Made by a program: the position numbers and the translations under genes
From: an uncultured Flavobacteriales bacterium
GTDB taxonomy: Bacteria > Bacteroidota > Bacteroidia > Flavobacteriales_D > Crocinitomicaceae
DNA: 64,000 nucleotides
Assembly (NCBI GenBank): GCA_937876195.1
Contig: CALEIK010000016.1
Location: 33,358 to 97,357 of the forward strand
Direction of reading: 5' to 3'
Shown: one piece after another, positions 48,781 to 58,314 of the stretch
Layout: each line of letters begins with the position of its first letter
Position numbering within the stretch: position 1 is the first letter of the stretch
Notes under the pieces: model-generated
The model's database searches: none
Seen by the model: only the letters and a program-made list of their open reading frames with translations
What the model was told of the DNA's origin: nothing

Positions 48781-48969
48781 ATGGAATTAATTCTCATTTC
48801 AATAGGACTTTTAGCGCTTGCGTTTGCGGGAATCGCTATAAAATTATGGGCGAAAAAAGGAGGTCAGTTCGCTGGAACTTGTGCAAGTAACAATCCGCTA
48901 TTGAATGAAGAGGGTGCTCCATGCGGTTTGTGCGGTGCACGTCCCGAAGAAAAATGCAAAAACGATTGA
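48781..48969 (+). CDS. small single-TM protein with 4-Cys cluster (NqrM-like?)
   Basis: 62 aa. N-terminal TM helix, then GTC-x13-C-x2-C-x7-C. The pattern is reminiscent of the (Na+)-NQR maturation factor NqrM. The assignment is tentative. Confidence 0.5.
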   Translation: MELILISIGLLALAFAGIAIKLWAKKGGQFAGTCASNNPLLNEEGAPCGLCGARPEEKCKND

Positions 48970-48971
48970 AA

Positions 48972-49634
48972 TTAAATGCTTCTTTTGAGTTGCATTAGAA
49001 TTTTAAACGCATCATCGATATCCGAAGAATCTACAATCACCGTAAACTCATTGGCAGTTGAAACGACTTGCTCAATATTGATCCCATCCCATGCCAAATG
49101 CTTCATAATGTAGTAATATACACCGAAGGTTTCTGTATTTGTTTCTGGTAGTTTGACTGTAATAGAAGACAAATCCGTGTTGTGTCCTTTTGAGTTCTCT
49201 TTACTGAAAATGCGTTGAACCTCTTCCGCGTATTTCGTGTTTAAAATATAGGTGGTTTCTGTAATCCCTTTACACAACGCAAAAAAGCTATCCTTATCGT
49301 TTTGAATCAGTTTAATCAATTCATTTTGACAGTCACGCAATGATTCTGAGTTTTCAAATGTAAAATCGACCAAATCGCTACGAACAAGAAAATCACCAAT
49401 TCCTCCAATGACTTTTTTGATTTTGACATCTAATTTATGGTAAACTCCAGGAGTCATTCTCTTAATTGCCATTACAATTGCGCCCTCTTTAATTTCCTTG
49501 TTCGTCATTTTTTCGACTTCAGGAATAATTTTGCGTGCCAGCGCAGAAACATTGATGAGATTTTCCGTCATCGCCTCTCTTAGAAATGGACTACGGTTTA
49601 TTATCTCTTCGGTTATTTTACTAATTGAACTCAT
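48972..49634 (-). CDS. hypothetical protein (ACT-domain-like C-terminus suspected)
   Basis: 220-aa ORF with ATG start, convergent with the small Cys protein gene. No catalytic motif recognised. Confidence 0.5.
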   Translation of the reverse strand: MSSISKITEEIINRSPFLREAMTENLINVSALARKIIPEVEKMTNKEIKEGAIVMAIKRMTPGVYHKLDVKIKKVIGGIGDFLVRSDLVDFTFENSESLRDCQNELIKLIQNDKDSFFALCKGITETTYILNTKYAEEVQRIFSKENSKGHNTDLSSITVKLPETNTETFGVYYYIMKHLAWDGINIEQVVSTANEFTVIVDSSDIDDAFKILMQLKRSI

Positions 49635-49733
49635 ATATTGTATTATAAATAGGTAGTAGTGCCGACAAATTTAGCAAATTATCACATTGTGATTAGAAAA
49701 ATAACAAAAAAAATGATTTGCACCTATATTTAT

Positions 49734-50420
49734 TCAAATGAGTTGTTTTACTAACGCCAAAACGAACTGCAATTGTTCCTCTTTTGAAAGTAAGGTGTTG
49801 TCCAGAACAACAGCATCATTTGTTTGAATCAGTGGACTTTCTTTTCTCGTGGTATCAATTAAATCGCGGGATTGAAGGTTTTCTTGAACTTCTTTTCGCG
49901 TTGTTGCTATACCTTTTCCAATAAGTTCATCGTATCTTCGTTGTGTTCTAACTTCCACGGAAGCTGTCACGAATAGTTTAAGTTCGGCATTCGGAAATAC
50001 GACGGAACCAATATCTCTACCGTCCATGACAATGCCGCCTCCTTGTCCCATTTTTTGCTGTTCGTCCACCAATTTCGTGCGGACTTCTTTTATTTCAGCA
50101 ATGCGCGAAACATGTGCAGCAATTTCGGGTTTTCGAATTTCGGTTTCTACGTTTTTGCCATTCAAGTAGATCTCTGGAAGTAGGGTAGTAGAGTTGATTT
50201 GAAAATTCAGGTCAATTGATGGTAACGATGAAATCAATTTCTCAGTATTTACTTTATTTCCGATGATTATCTCGTTTTGCAGCGCAAAGTAGGTCACCGC
50301 ACGATACATGGCTCCTGAATCGATGAATACGTATCCCAATTCTCGCGCTACGTCTCTTGCTAAAGTGCTCTTTCCACAAGAAGAGTAGCCGTCAATTGCT
50401 ATGGTAATTTTCTTTTGCAT
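49734..50420 (-). CDS. cmk: (d)CMP kinase
   Basis: 228 aa. P-loop IAIDGYSSCGKST and the DGRDIGS region. Confidence 0.93.
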   Translation of the reverse strand: MQKKITIAIDGYSSCGKSTLARDVARELGYVFIDSGAMYRAVTYFALQNEIIIGNKVNTEKLISSLPSIDLNFQINSTTLLPEIYLNGKNVETEIRKPEIAAHVSRIAEIKEVRTKLVDEQQKMGQGGGIVMDGRDIGSVVFPNAELKLFVTASVEVRTQRRYDELIGKGIATTRKEVQENLQSRDLIDTTRKESPLIQTNDAVVLDNTLLSKEEQLQFVLALVKQLI

Positions 50421-50485
50421 TGTCGAAATAATGCCCGAAAGATAGTTAAATTTTGAAGGTATACTTGTAGTTAAGAAATCGAAAA

Positions 50486-51703
50486 TTACTCCAAGAATAA
50501 GTTGGATCGAATGAATTTAAAATCAATCACCTCATTTTCACGCTGCACTTTAATCTCAACGGTGTCAACTTCATGAAAACGATTGGAAAGTATGAGTTCA
50601 CACCAATCGCTCAATTGCATGTCTTTGTAATTTTGACCAGCGAGTTCAATGATGTGATCGCCCATTTTTAGTCCCGAGTTTACGGCCATTGAATTACTTA
50701 CAATTTGGTTCACAATCAATTTCCCGTCACTAAAGAAATATTTAAAACCGAAAGAGTCAAACGTTGAATTATCAAATTCACGAGGGCTGGAAAGGATCAG
50801 TTTACTTTGCGACCAATCATAGGTGGTGATGTAGTTTTCAAAGAATTCGTTCCCAAGCGTCACAGCACCATTCTCTCGAAAGGTCACAAATTGATTTTTC
50901 AAGGAAAGATTGCCAATTTCGATTGTGGGAGAGATTGCCAAATACGTTGTGTCGTTATCCCCTGCACCGTAAAGTCCTGAAGTCGAATTGCCATACGACT
51001 TAAGAATACGGAGCGTTGAATCAACTGCCATAATCTCTTGGTACGATTGTTTCGAAAGGGAAAAACCTTGATTTGATCCTGAATCAACCGTAATATTTTC
51101 AATAAGGACATTGTCCACTAGCATATTTATGATCGGTGTTCCCGTTAATTTTGATGTGAACCCTACTTCGTACCTGTCTGTGATCGTTAATGAATCCATC
51201 GTGTTTGAAATACGAACCTGTTTGTTTTGATAATCAATTTGCCATATCGCTTTGCGCATCAAGTTAGCACCTATGATTCCATCAATTTCTAAACAGGCTA
51301 TTTCATTGGATTGCTTTAAATCCGCTACGGCTGCCCCTGTATTGAGAAAATCAATTCCGCCAATCGTCACTTTTTCAAGCAAAACATACTCAAGACTGTT
51401 TTTTTTTCCTTGTGAATCACCTGTATTCCTGTTCAATTTGGCTTTGAGGTTCAGTTTTTTTGCTACCTCGGTTGAGACGACATTCGGTGCGCCGGTGTCG
51501 AGTAGAAAGTGAAAATTTTGATCATCGATGGAAGCTTCAATAATGATGAGTCCCATTCTATCTTCATAGGTGAATTCCGAATAAAAATCGGTTTGCACCA
51601 CTTCTCCCTTCTTCATGAGGTTCACCATTTTTAACCCACTGCAACCACAGAAGATAAGGATTGAAAGGAGTAGTGTACAGTAATTTAGGTGTTTCATGAT
51701 CAA
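50486..51703 (-). CDS. retropepsin-like aspartyl protease with C-terminal PDZ domain, lipoprotein
   Basis: 405 aa. Lipobox FCGC. Two Asp motifs (FLLDTGAPN, TVDSGSNQG). PDZ-like GLKMGDHIIELAG. Confidence 0.7.
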   Translation of the reverse strand: MIMKHLNYCTLLLSILIFCGCSGLKMVNLMKKGEVVQTDFYSEFTYEDRMGLIIIEASIDDQNFHFLLDTGAPNVVSTEVAKKLNLKAKLNRNTGDSQGKKNSLEYVLLEKVTIGGIDFLNTGAAVADLKQSNEIACLEIDGIIGANLMRKAIWQIDYQNKQVRISNTMDSLTITDRYEVGFTSKLTGTPIINMLVDNVLIENITVDSGSNQGFSLSKQSYQEIMAVDSTLRILKSYGNSTSGLYGAGDNDTTYLAISPTIEIGNLSLKNQFVTFRENGAVTLGNEFFENYITTYDWSQSKLILSSPREFDNSTFDSFGFKYFFSDGKLIVNQIVSNSMAVNSGLKMGDHIIELAGQNYKDMQLSDWCELILSNRFHEVDTVEIKVQRENEVIDFKFIRSNLFLE

Positions 51704-51811
51704 ACGCTTAAATGATTTCTTGCCCTAATATAGAAATTGTAGATTGTTCACGCATCATTTTTTAATCAACATATACTATTATTGAGTAGATTCACCCACT
51801 TTTTTTGACGT

Positions 51812-52441
51812 ATGGAGTTCAATTCTGAAGATAAATACATTGAGTGGTTAGATCGACTGGCAGAGGATGACTTTGTTGTCATCGACGACTTCATTACCTC
51901 TGGTCTCTATGAACAGATTTTTTCATTTTTCCAGCAAAGACTGGACGAAGATGATCTTGCCAAGGCTGGAATTGGAGCATTGGGTGATCATACGATTGAT
52001 AAAAAAATTCGTGGGGATTACGTTTACTGGTTGGATGAAAAGCGCGATACCGAATTGAATGCGTTTTACGAGCAATTACATGAAATGGTGCAACAAATTA
52101 AACGTCTCTGTTTTCTGGGGATTTCCGATGTCGAGTGTCACCTTGCCTATTATCCAACAGGAACGTTCTACAAGAGGCACGTAGATCAATTCAAGGAACG
52201 TAGCAACCGAATCATTTCGTTTGTACTCTATTTGAACACTGATTGGAGAGTAGGAGATGGTGGTGAATTGGTGATTTACAAGGAGAACGAACAGATAAAG
52301 ATAGAACCGTTGAAATCAAGATTGATACTGTTTAAAAGCGCAGAGGTGGAGCATGAAGTGTTAGTAACCAACGCCGAGCGCTACAGCCTGACAGGGTGGA
52401 TGCTGAACAATCCTGTGGGGCTTGGATTTTTGAACACGTGA
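51812..52441 (+). CDS. 2OG-Fe(II) oxygenase (prolyl-4-hydroxylase-like)
   Basis: 209 aa. HVDQ...(x)...H facial triad (KRHVDQF, EVEHEV) and an RxS-type 2OG-binding motif (ERYSLTGW). Confidence 0.8.
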   Translation: MEFNSEDKYIEWLDRLAEDDFVVIDDFITSGLYEQIFSFFQQRLDEDDLAKAGIGALGDHTIDKKIRGDYVYWLDEKRDTELNAFYEQLHEMVQQIKRLCFLGISDVECHLAYYPTGTFYKRHVDQFKERSNRIISFVLYLNTDWRVGDGGELVIYKENEQIKIEPLKSRLILFKSAEVEHEVLVTNAERYSLTGWMLNNPVGLGFLNT

Positions 52442-52455
52442 TGAGTTCAATTTTG

Positions 52456-52463
52456 TATCTTTG
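52456..52463 (+). promoter_or_regulatory. Bacteroidota-type -7 box (TAnnTTTG) upstream of the DEAD-box helicase gene
   Basis: TATCTTTG lies 38 nt upstream of the ATG at 52501. Confidence 0.35.
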
Positions 52464-52500
52464 CCAGCGAATTCATTAATTATTACTAACTTCATCCTCG

Positions 52501-53721
52501 ATGAAATTTACAGAACTGAACCTTGAAGAAGGACTATTAGAGGCTATTTCATACATGGGGTTCGAAAATGCAACACCCATTCAAGAAAAAGCCATTCCAT
52601 ACGTATTAGAGAACAGAGACTTAATTGCATGTGCCCAAACGGGCACAGGTAAGACTGGTGCTTTCGTACTGCCGATTTTGAACAAGTTGGTAGGGAAGAC
52701 TGAGACCTGCACAGATACATTGATTATTGTACCGACACGTGAGTTGGCCATACAGATTGAACAGCAAATTCAAGGATTGGCTTATTTTGTTTCCGTGAGT
52801 TCAGTTGCCATTTACGGTGGCGGTGGCGGAAAAGATTGGCAGATGGAAAAAGAAGCTTTGGTAGGTGGGACAGATATCATTGTCGCGACACCTGGAAAAT
52901 TGCTTTCGCATTTGAAATTGGGCTATGTGAAGTTCGACAAGGTGAAACACTTGGTGTTGGATGAGGCAGATCGCATGTTGGACATGGGATTTATAGATGA
53001 TTTGAAAAAGATCATCTCTTACCTTCCTGAGAAACACCAGACCTTATTGTTTAGCGCTACAATGCCCAAAAGCATTTCGCAGTTGGCACAAAATATTTTG
53101 CACAATCCCGCAGAAATATCTTTATCAATTTCAAAACCTGCGGCGGGGGTTGATCAAAAAGTATATTTGGCGCACGACGATCAAAAAGCGAAAGTGGTTG
53201 CTCATTTATTGGCAGAAAGAAAGGACTTCGACAGTATTATCATCTTTACTTCTACAAAGAGCAAGGTTTCCGAAATTGTGAAATCACTGCGGGTTTCAGG
53301 TTTCGCATCAAAAGGAATTTCTTCGAATTTGGAACAAGATCAGCGTGAGGAAGTATTGTGTGGCTTTCGTTCAAAACGCATTCGTATCCTAGTAGCGACA
53401 GATGTGATGAGTCGCGGTATTGACATCAAGGAGATAAATATGGTCATCAACTACGATGTGCCTCACGATGCCGAAGATTACGTTCACCGTGTAGGTAGAA
53501 CTGCGCGTGCGAATACGAAGGGGGAGGCGATTACCTTGGTTAACTTGAAAGACATGCAACGCATGCAAAGTATCGAGAAACTAATTGAAATGAGCGTTCC
53601 AAAGTTTCAACCGCCAGCCGAATTAGGTGAAGGACCGGTTTGGAGAGAACGCACCGAGGGTTCATCGTCAAAAAAGCGACCTTTCCACAAGAATAAGCGC
53701 CCCTTCAAAAAGAAGGCATAG
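52501..53721 (+). CDS. DEAD-box ATP-dependent RNA helicase (RhlE-like) with basic tail
   Basis: 406 aa. Q motif, AQTGTGKT, DEAD, SAT, HRVGRTAR. Lys/Arg-rich C-terminus. Confidence 0.93.
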   Translation: MKFTELNLEEGLLEAISYMGFENATPIQEKAIPYVLENRDLIACAQTGTGKTGAFVLPILNKLVGKTETCTDTLIIVPTRELAIQIEQQIQGLAYFVSVSSVAIYGGGGGKDWQMEKEALVGGTDIIVATPGKLLSHLKLGYVKFDKVKHLVLDEADRMLDMGFIDDLKKIISYLPEKHQTLLFSATMPKSISQLAQNILHNPAEISLSISKPAAGVDQKVYLAHDDQKAKVVAHLLAERKDFDSIIIFTSTKSKVSEIVKSLRVSGFASKGISSNLEQDQREEVLCGFRSKRIRILVATDVMSRGIDIKEINMVINYDVPHDAEDYVHRVGRTARANTKGEAITLVNLKDMQRMQSIEKLIEMSVPKFQPPAELGEGPVWRERTEGSSSKKRPFHKNKRPFKKKA

Positions 53722-53809
53722 TTTTTAGTACTAGCAATTACTTCTTCATATCGATTTGAATGAAAAGTAGTTAACTTATATGTCTTGCCCGTAAATTTAA
53801 AAAAAGAAT

Positions 53810-54364
53810 TTACCCTAAATACGGACTGCTAGATATTGCACTAATAATTAACAAAACTAACAGAGCAAATACAATTCCTACACCGAATAGTAGGTAATGC
53901 AGAACTCTTGATCTATAATAGACTGTAGCTTGTTTTACATGGTTTTCCTGAATATTTACTAAGTTTTCTGATAGAATAAGACTATCAGCGAAGATATGAG
54001 TTTGTTTAAAGTAGATAGCTTTAGGTCCTGGAATCTCCATTTCATTCATACGATCTCTTTTATAGTGTTTCATGACATTGTATGATCTAATATAATTGGA
54101 ATCTAAACCGATGATTTTGCCTGAAATTGAATTCTTTCCATTATCTAGAACATTAAATTGGATATCCTCTAATTGAATAATACTATCATTTGAATGAATA
54201 AACACAGTATTGGGTTTGAACTTTTTGTTCTCAATTTTATCTTCTATTTGGAGAATTATTGGTGTTTCGTTTCTTGTAAATCGAATAGAATTATAGGCAG
54301 CACTGCATGAACATATAATAGAACAGAGTATAAGAAATAGTATCATCCAAATCTTAGCAGCCAT
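53810..54364 (-). CDS. hypothetical membrane-anchored protein
   Basis: 184 aa. N-terminal signal/lipobox-like CSC and a C-terminal TM helix. Confidence 0.5.
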   Translation of the reverse strand: MAAKIWMILFLILCSIICSCSAAYNSIRFTRNETPIILQIEDKIENKKFKPNTVFIHSNDSIIQLEDIQFNVLDNGKNSISGKIIGLDSNYIRSYNVMKHYKRDRMNEMEIPGPKAIYFKQTHIFADSLILSENLVNIQENHVKQATVYYRSRVLHYLLFGVGIVFALLVLLIISAISSSPYLG

Positions 54365-54384
54365 AATAAAATAAAGTTTAATTC

Positions 54385-54942
54385 TTACTTTTTAACATAC
54401 TGCGTCAAAATAACAATACGTTGTCCGTCTACTTTTCCTTCGATGTGTTCTGCATTGTCATGCACCAAAGTGATGTTTCTAACAGCCGTCCCTCGTTTTG
54501 CGGTAAAACCACCACCTTTGACTTTTAAATCTTTGATAAGCACCACAGAATCACCAGAATGTAATTCAACTCCATTGCTGTCAATGTGCTTAATTTTCGT
54601 TTCATTCTGACCTTCTTTTGCCCAGTTCAGCGTACTGTCTTCAAGGTACATCATGTCAAGTAAATCTTGTGACCAACCTTCATTCTTCAGTTGATTTAGC
54701 ATACGCCACGCCACGACTTTTACGGCTTCCACTTCGCTCCACATGCTATCGTTGAGACATCGCCAGTGATTGCTGTCTGCTTCATTTTCACCGCTAATTT
54801 GTGATTTGCACGTCGCACACACATGTACACATTGGTCGCTGTTCACGCCAGCTGTGGGTGGCACGACATAGACGGATAGATTCTCCGTTGAGGCACACAA
54901 TTCACATGTGTTGCCACTTCTTTTTGCTAATTCTTTTTCCAT
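54385..54942 (-). CDS. phnA: PhnA/YjdM family zinc-ribbon protein
   Basis: 185 aa. N-terminal CxxC...CxxC zinc ribbon. C-terminal PhnA domain (DSNGVELHSGDSVVLIKDLKVKG...). Confidence 0.85.
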   Translation of the reverse strand: MEKELAKRSGNTCELCASTENLSVYVVPPTAGVNSDQCVHVCATCKSQISGENEADSNHWRCLNDSMWSEVEAVKVVAWRMLNQLKNEGWSQDLLDMMYLEDSTLNWAKEGQNETKIKHIDSNGVELHSGDSVVLIKDLKVKGGGFTAKRGTAVRNITLVHDNAEHIEGKVDGQRIVILTQYVKK

Positions 54943-54947
54943 TTTAC

Positions 54948-55667
54948 TTATTCTTCAATATGATACACCATCAAGTCAACAACGATTGGCGCTTTTCGTA
55001 CTAATTTGTTATCCGTAGAAAGTTCTATGTCTCCATATAGTTCATCAAATTGATCCATGTTGTCGTGATGTTCTAGTGTTAACTTAATTGAAACTGGACA
55101 TTTACTTAATTTTGTTCCAGGCATTACAAATACACCACCTTCATAATCCCATCCAAATCCAGAAAAGTTAAAATCTTCATCTGTCCATTTTCTTAAATCA
55201 TTGATGCTCATGCCCGTGTATAGCCCGCAGCTGGAAGGAATTTTCTGCTTGCTTAATATCTCATAGTTTTCATTGTATTCAAAGTATGACGCTTCTATGG
55301 AACTTAATTTTGCAGGATTTTCTTCATCCCACAAGTATTTGATGCGATGCCCATTCGCTGGATTTCGAATAATGGTATGTTTCGATTCAACGGTTCCTTC
55401 TGCGTACCAACTAGATCCGTGTTTGATATTCTCTTTTCCAAAGGCATCGATAAGGTCTTGTTTGGTTCGCAATTGCGCATAATCTTCAAATACGTTGAAT
55501 TCAATTTGAGGATCTTCCTCAACTATTTGGTTCGTTGAATCAATTTTCTGCGAAATTAATGTGTCTTTGGTTTCAACTTCAGTATCAGTGGTTGTTGTTA
55601 CATCGTTTTCAGATGTACATGCGAAAAGTAGGACAGCGATTAAAGCAAGAAAACTCAGTTTATACAT
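54948..55667 (-). CDS. hypothetical lipoprotein
   Basis: 239 aa. Lipobox LFAC. Confidence 0.6.
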   Translation of the reverse strand: MYKLSFLALIAVLLFACTSENDVTTTTDTEVETKDTLISQKIDSTNQIVEEDPQIEFNVFEDYAQLRTKQDLIDAFGKENIKHGSSWYAEGTVESKHTIIRNPANGHRIKYLWDEENPAKLSSIEASYFEYNENYEILSKQKIPSSCGLYTGMSINDLRKWTDEDFNFSGFGWDYEGGVFVMPGTKLSKCPVSIKLTLEHHDNMDQFDELYGDIELSTDNKLVRKAPIVVDLMVYHIEE

Positions 55668-55908
55668 TAAAACAGGTATTGTCTGATGGCAAAGATAAAA
55701 TTATTTGATTAGATTTTCCATTTGCGAAATACGCAACTCAAAACAGGAACTTGCTTCATTCAACAAATGAGAAATAAATTCCGCTAAAAAAGGGGCATTT
55801 CCATTAATCGGTTTAAATTTGGTGTATGTCGCTTATCATGTGCATATTGTGTTCACGATTAGTTTACTATTTTAGTCGGTTAATTTCAGTGAAAGTATTG
55901 AAAATGAC

Positions 55909-57414
55909 ATGGAAAAAAATAAAATTATGAGGTTAAGAATGACTTTTTCAGGTGTTTTTGTAAGCACCGGTATCTTGTTCGGACAAGGAATCAGCATTCC
56001 AGCTGACACTTCAATTATCACTGAGCACATAGCCACAATTAACGAGCAAAAAATACCCTACGTTGCAACAACAGGAACTCAACCTTTATGGGATGAGTCT
56101 GGAGAGCCTATTGCAACTTTGCATTATACCTACTATCGCAAGAAGGGTACGAAAGATTTCGCGAAAAGACCGCTATTAATTTCCTTCAACGGAGGTCCAG
56201 GTTCTGCTTCGGCTTGGATGCATATTGCGTATACAGGTCCAAAACTATTGAACATTGATGACGAAGGTTTTCCTGTACAACCATATGGGATGAAAGACAA
56301 TCCGTTTTCCGTGTTGGATGTTTGTGATATTTTATACGTTAACCCGGTAAATACAGGATATTCTAGAACCATTCCGGTTTCAGGAAAGGATGTTAAGCGT
56401 GAAAAATTTTTTGGCATCAATGCAGACATCACTTATTTGGCAGAGTGGTTGAACACGTTTATGGTTAGAAACAATCGTTGGCTTTCACCAAAATACTTGA
56501 TTGGAGAAAGTTATGGTGGTACACGCGTGTCCGGATTGGCCTTGGAACTGCAAGAAAAACAATGGATGTATTTGAACGGAGTAATACTTGTTTCACCAGC
56601 GGATTATAATGTTTTTGAGTCAGACGCACCCATTTCATCTTCGTTAAACTTACCCTATTTTACTGCAGCTGCTTGGTATCATAAAGTGTTGGACTCGGAT
56701 TTACAAAATAGGACATTGAGCGAATTATTGCCTGAAGTCGAGAAGTACACCCTAGATATATTGATGCCTGCATTAGCTCGTGGAAGCTCCTTAACCGAAC
56801 AGGAGAGGAAAGCGATAGCAGAAAAAATGGCACATTACTCGGGACTTTCTAAAAAATCCATTTTGCAGCACAATCTTGTGGTACCGACTTCATTTTTTTG
56901 GAAGGAATTGTTGAGAGACGAGAATGGTCACACCGTTGGTAGGTTGGATTCAAGGTACCTGGGACTGGATAAAATGGAAGCAGGTCAAAGTCCAGATTAC
57001 AACGCTGAGTTAACCTCGTGGTTGCACGCATTTACGCCAGCGATCAATTATTATATGTCCGAAGTCTTGAATTTTAAAACAGACATGAAATACAACATGT
57101 TTGGACCTGTTCATCCTTGGGACAGACAAAAAAATAATACACGTGACAATCTTAGACAGGCGATGGCTGAAAATCCATTTTTGAATGTCATGTTTCAGGT
57201 TGGTTACTTTGATGGCGCTACCACGTATTTCAATTCAAAATATACGATGTGGCAAATTGATCCAAGCGGTAAAATGTCAGACCGCATGCATTTTGAAGGA
57301 TACGAGAGCGGACACATGATGTACCTTAGAAAAGAGGATTTGAAATCCGCGAATGATGATGTTAGAAGATTTATTCTGGACACATCAGTTCAAGGAAAAC
57401 CTGCAAAATATTGA
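55909..57414 (+). CDS. S10 family serine carboxypeptidase, secreted
   Basis: 501 aa. NGGPGSAS and the catalytic-Ser motif GESYGG. Confidence 0.85.
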   Translation: MEKNKIMRLRMTFSGVFVSTGILFGQGISIPADTSIITEHIATINEQKIPYVATTGTQPLWDESGEPIATLHYTYYRKKGTKDFAKRPLLISFNGGPGSASAWMHIAYTGPKLLNIDDEGFPVQPYGMKDNPFSVLDVCDILYVNPVNTGYSRTIPVSGKDVKREKFFGINADITYLAEWLNTFMVRNNRWLSPKYLIGESYGGTRVSGLALELQEKQWMYLNGVILVSPADYNVFESDAPISSSLNLPYFTAAAWYHKVLDSDLQNRTLSELLPEVEKYTLDILMPALARGSSLTEQERKAIAEKMAHYSGLSKKSILQHNLVVPTSFFWKELLRDENGHTVGRLDSRYLGLDKMEAGQSPDYNAELTSWLHAFTPAINYYMSEVLNFKTDMKYNMFGPVHPWDRQKNNTRDNLRQAMAENPFLNVMFQVGYFDGATTYFNSKYTMWQIDPSGKMSDRMHFEGYESGHMMYLRKEDLKSANDDVRRFILDTSVQGKPAKY

Positions 57415-57427
57415 TAGAAATTTACGT

Positions 57428-57868
57428 TTAGTCGGCTTTTATTCTCGTGTCAATCAGATGAACAATTTTCCACTGATCATCTGAATAGGTCAACACAAAA
57501 GAATTCACTCCGGTATGCGAGAGTTTTTCGTCGATATAAAATGAATAGGGCGTCCATATATGTGCTAGTTGCCCATCGACTTCTACTTTGTATTCTTCAA
57601 TTTTTTCTAAAAATTGCATGTCCTCAGGAATGCTAGCCATCATTTTCAAGAAATCATTCAGCTCATCCGTAGAGATAAGTCCTTTTACATTTTCACTATT
57701 GACAATTGTTCTTATGGTAGAGTGCTCGTTAAAAAATGACCTTAGGGCACTTGTATCCTTTTTATGGAATGCTTCAAAAAATTGTTCTACCGCTTGCTGA
57801 GGTGTTTCTGTTTGCGCATTAAGGTGCAGTGAAAGGAACAGAATTGGAAGAAGAAATAGTTTTTTCAT
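57428..57868 (-). CDS. NTF2/SnoaL-like (DUF4440-type) secreted protein
   Basis: 146 aa. Signal peptide. The alpha+beta cone-like pattern is tentative. Confidence 0.55.
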   Translation of the reverse strand: MKKLFLLPILFLSLHLNAQTETPQQAVEQFFEAFHKKDTSALRSFFNEHSTIRTIVNSENVKGLISTDELNDFLKMMASIPEDMQFLEKIEEYKVEVDGQLAHIWTPYSFYIDEKLSHTGVNSFVLTYSDDQWKIVHLIDTRIKAD

Positions 57869-57885
57869 GGGAGTATTTTTTTGGA

Positions 57886-57928
57886 TAAAAATAACAAAAC
57901 CCCTAAGAAGTTTGATACTTCTTAGGGG
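57886..57928 (-). terminator. strong intrinsic terminator (minus strand)
   Basis: 11-bp perfect stem cccctaagaag (57900-57910) / cttcttagggg (57918-57928). On the minus strand it is followed by TTTTGTTATTTTT. Confidence 0.75.
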
Positions 57929-58262
57929 TTTCTAGGTCTACAGCCATATAGACTTGTCTTTTGCTCAAACGAACTAGCGGTCTGGAGCCAGTACCTAAAA
58001 CATGAAGGTTTAGCAACAATGTGTTTAGGAGTATTTGAAGTTGGACTGAGACTCTGTTGAGACGTTGAAACCTTTGTTCATTTTGACTATTATCAACATC
58101 TTTTGTGTTCTCAAAAATCAGGTAAAAAACTAGTTTGCACCGTGAAAGGTGAGCTACTTAGGATGATACAAAATAATATATTTCGATACTTCGTTATAGA
58201 ACGAAAACAATAAACTACAAAAGCAACAACGCATACTACCAGTGTATTTAACGTTGATCACT

Positions 58263-58294
58263 AAAAAAAACCGGATCTCCAAAAGAAACCCGGT
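58263..58294 (-). terminator. intrinsic terminator of the giant adhesin gene (minus strand)
   Basis: The minus strand reads ACCGGGTTTC-TTTTG-GAGATCCGGT, a 10-bp stem with 2 G-U pairs that form only on this strand, followed by T8. It lies 20 nt past the stop codon. Confidence 0.75.
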
Positions 58295-58314
58295 CTAAAA
58301 AATGAATGTGCTAA

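Noticed and set aside
53085-53105. TGGCAC...TTTGCA resembling a sigma-54 -24/-12 promoter
   Set aside because: The GG-to-GC spacing is ~3 nt too long and the site lies inside the DEAD-box helicase coding sequence.
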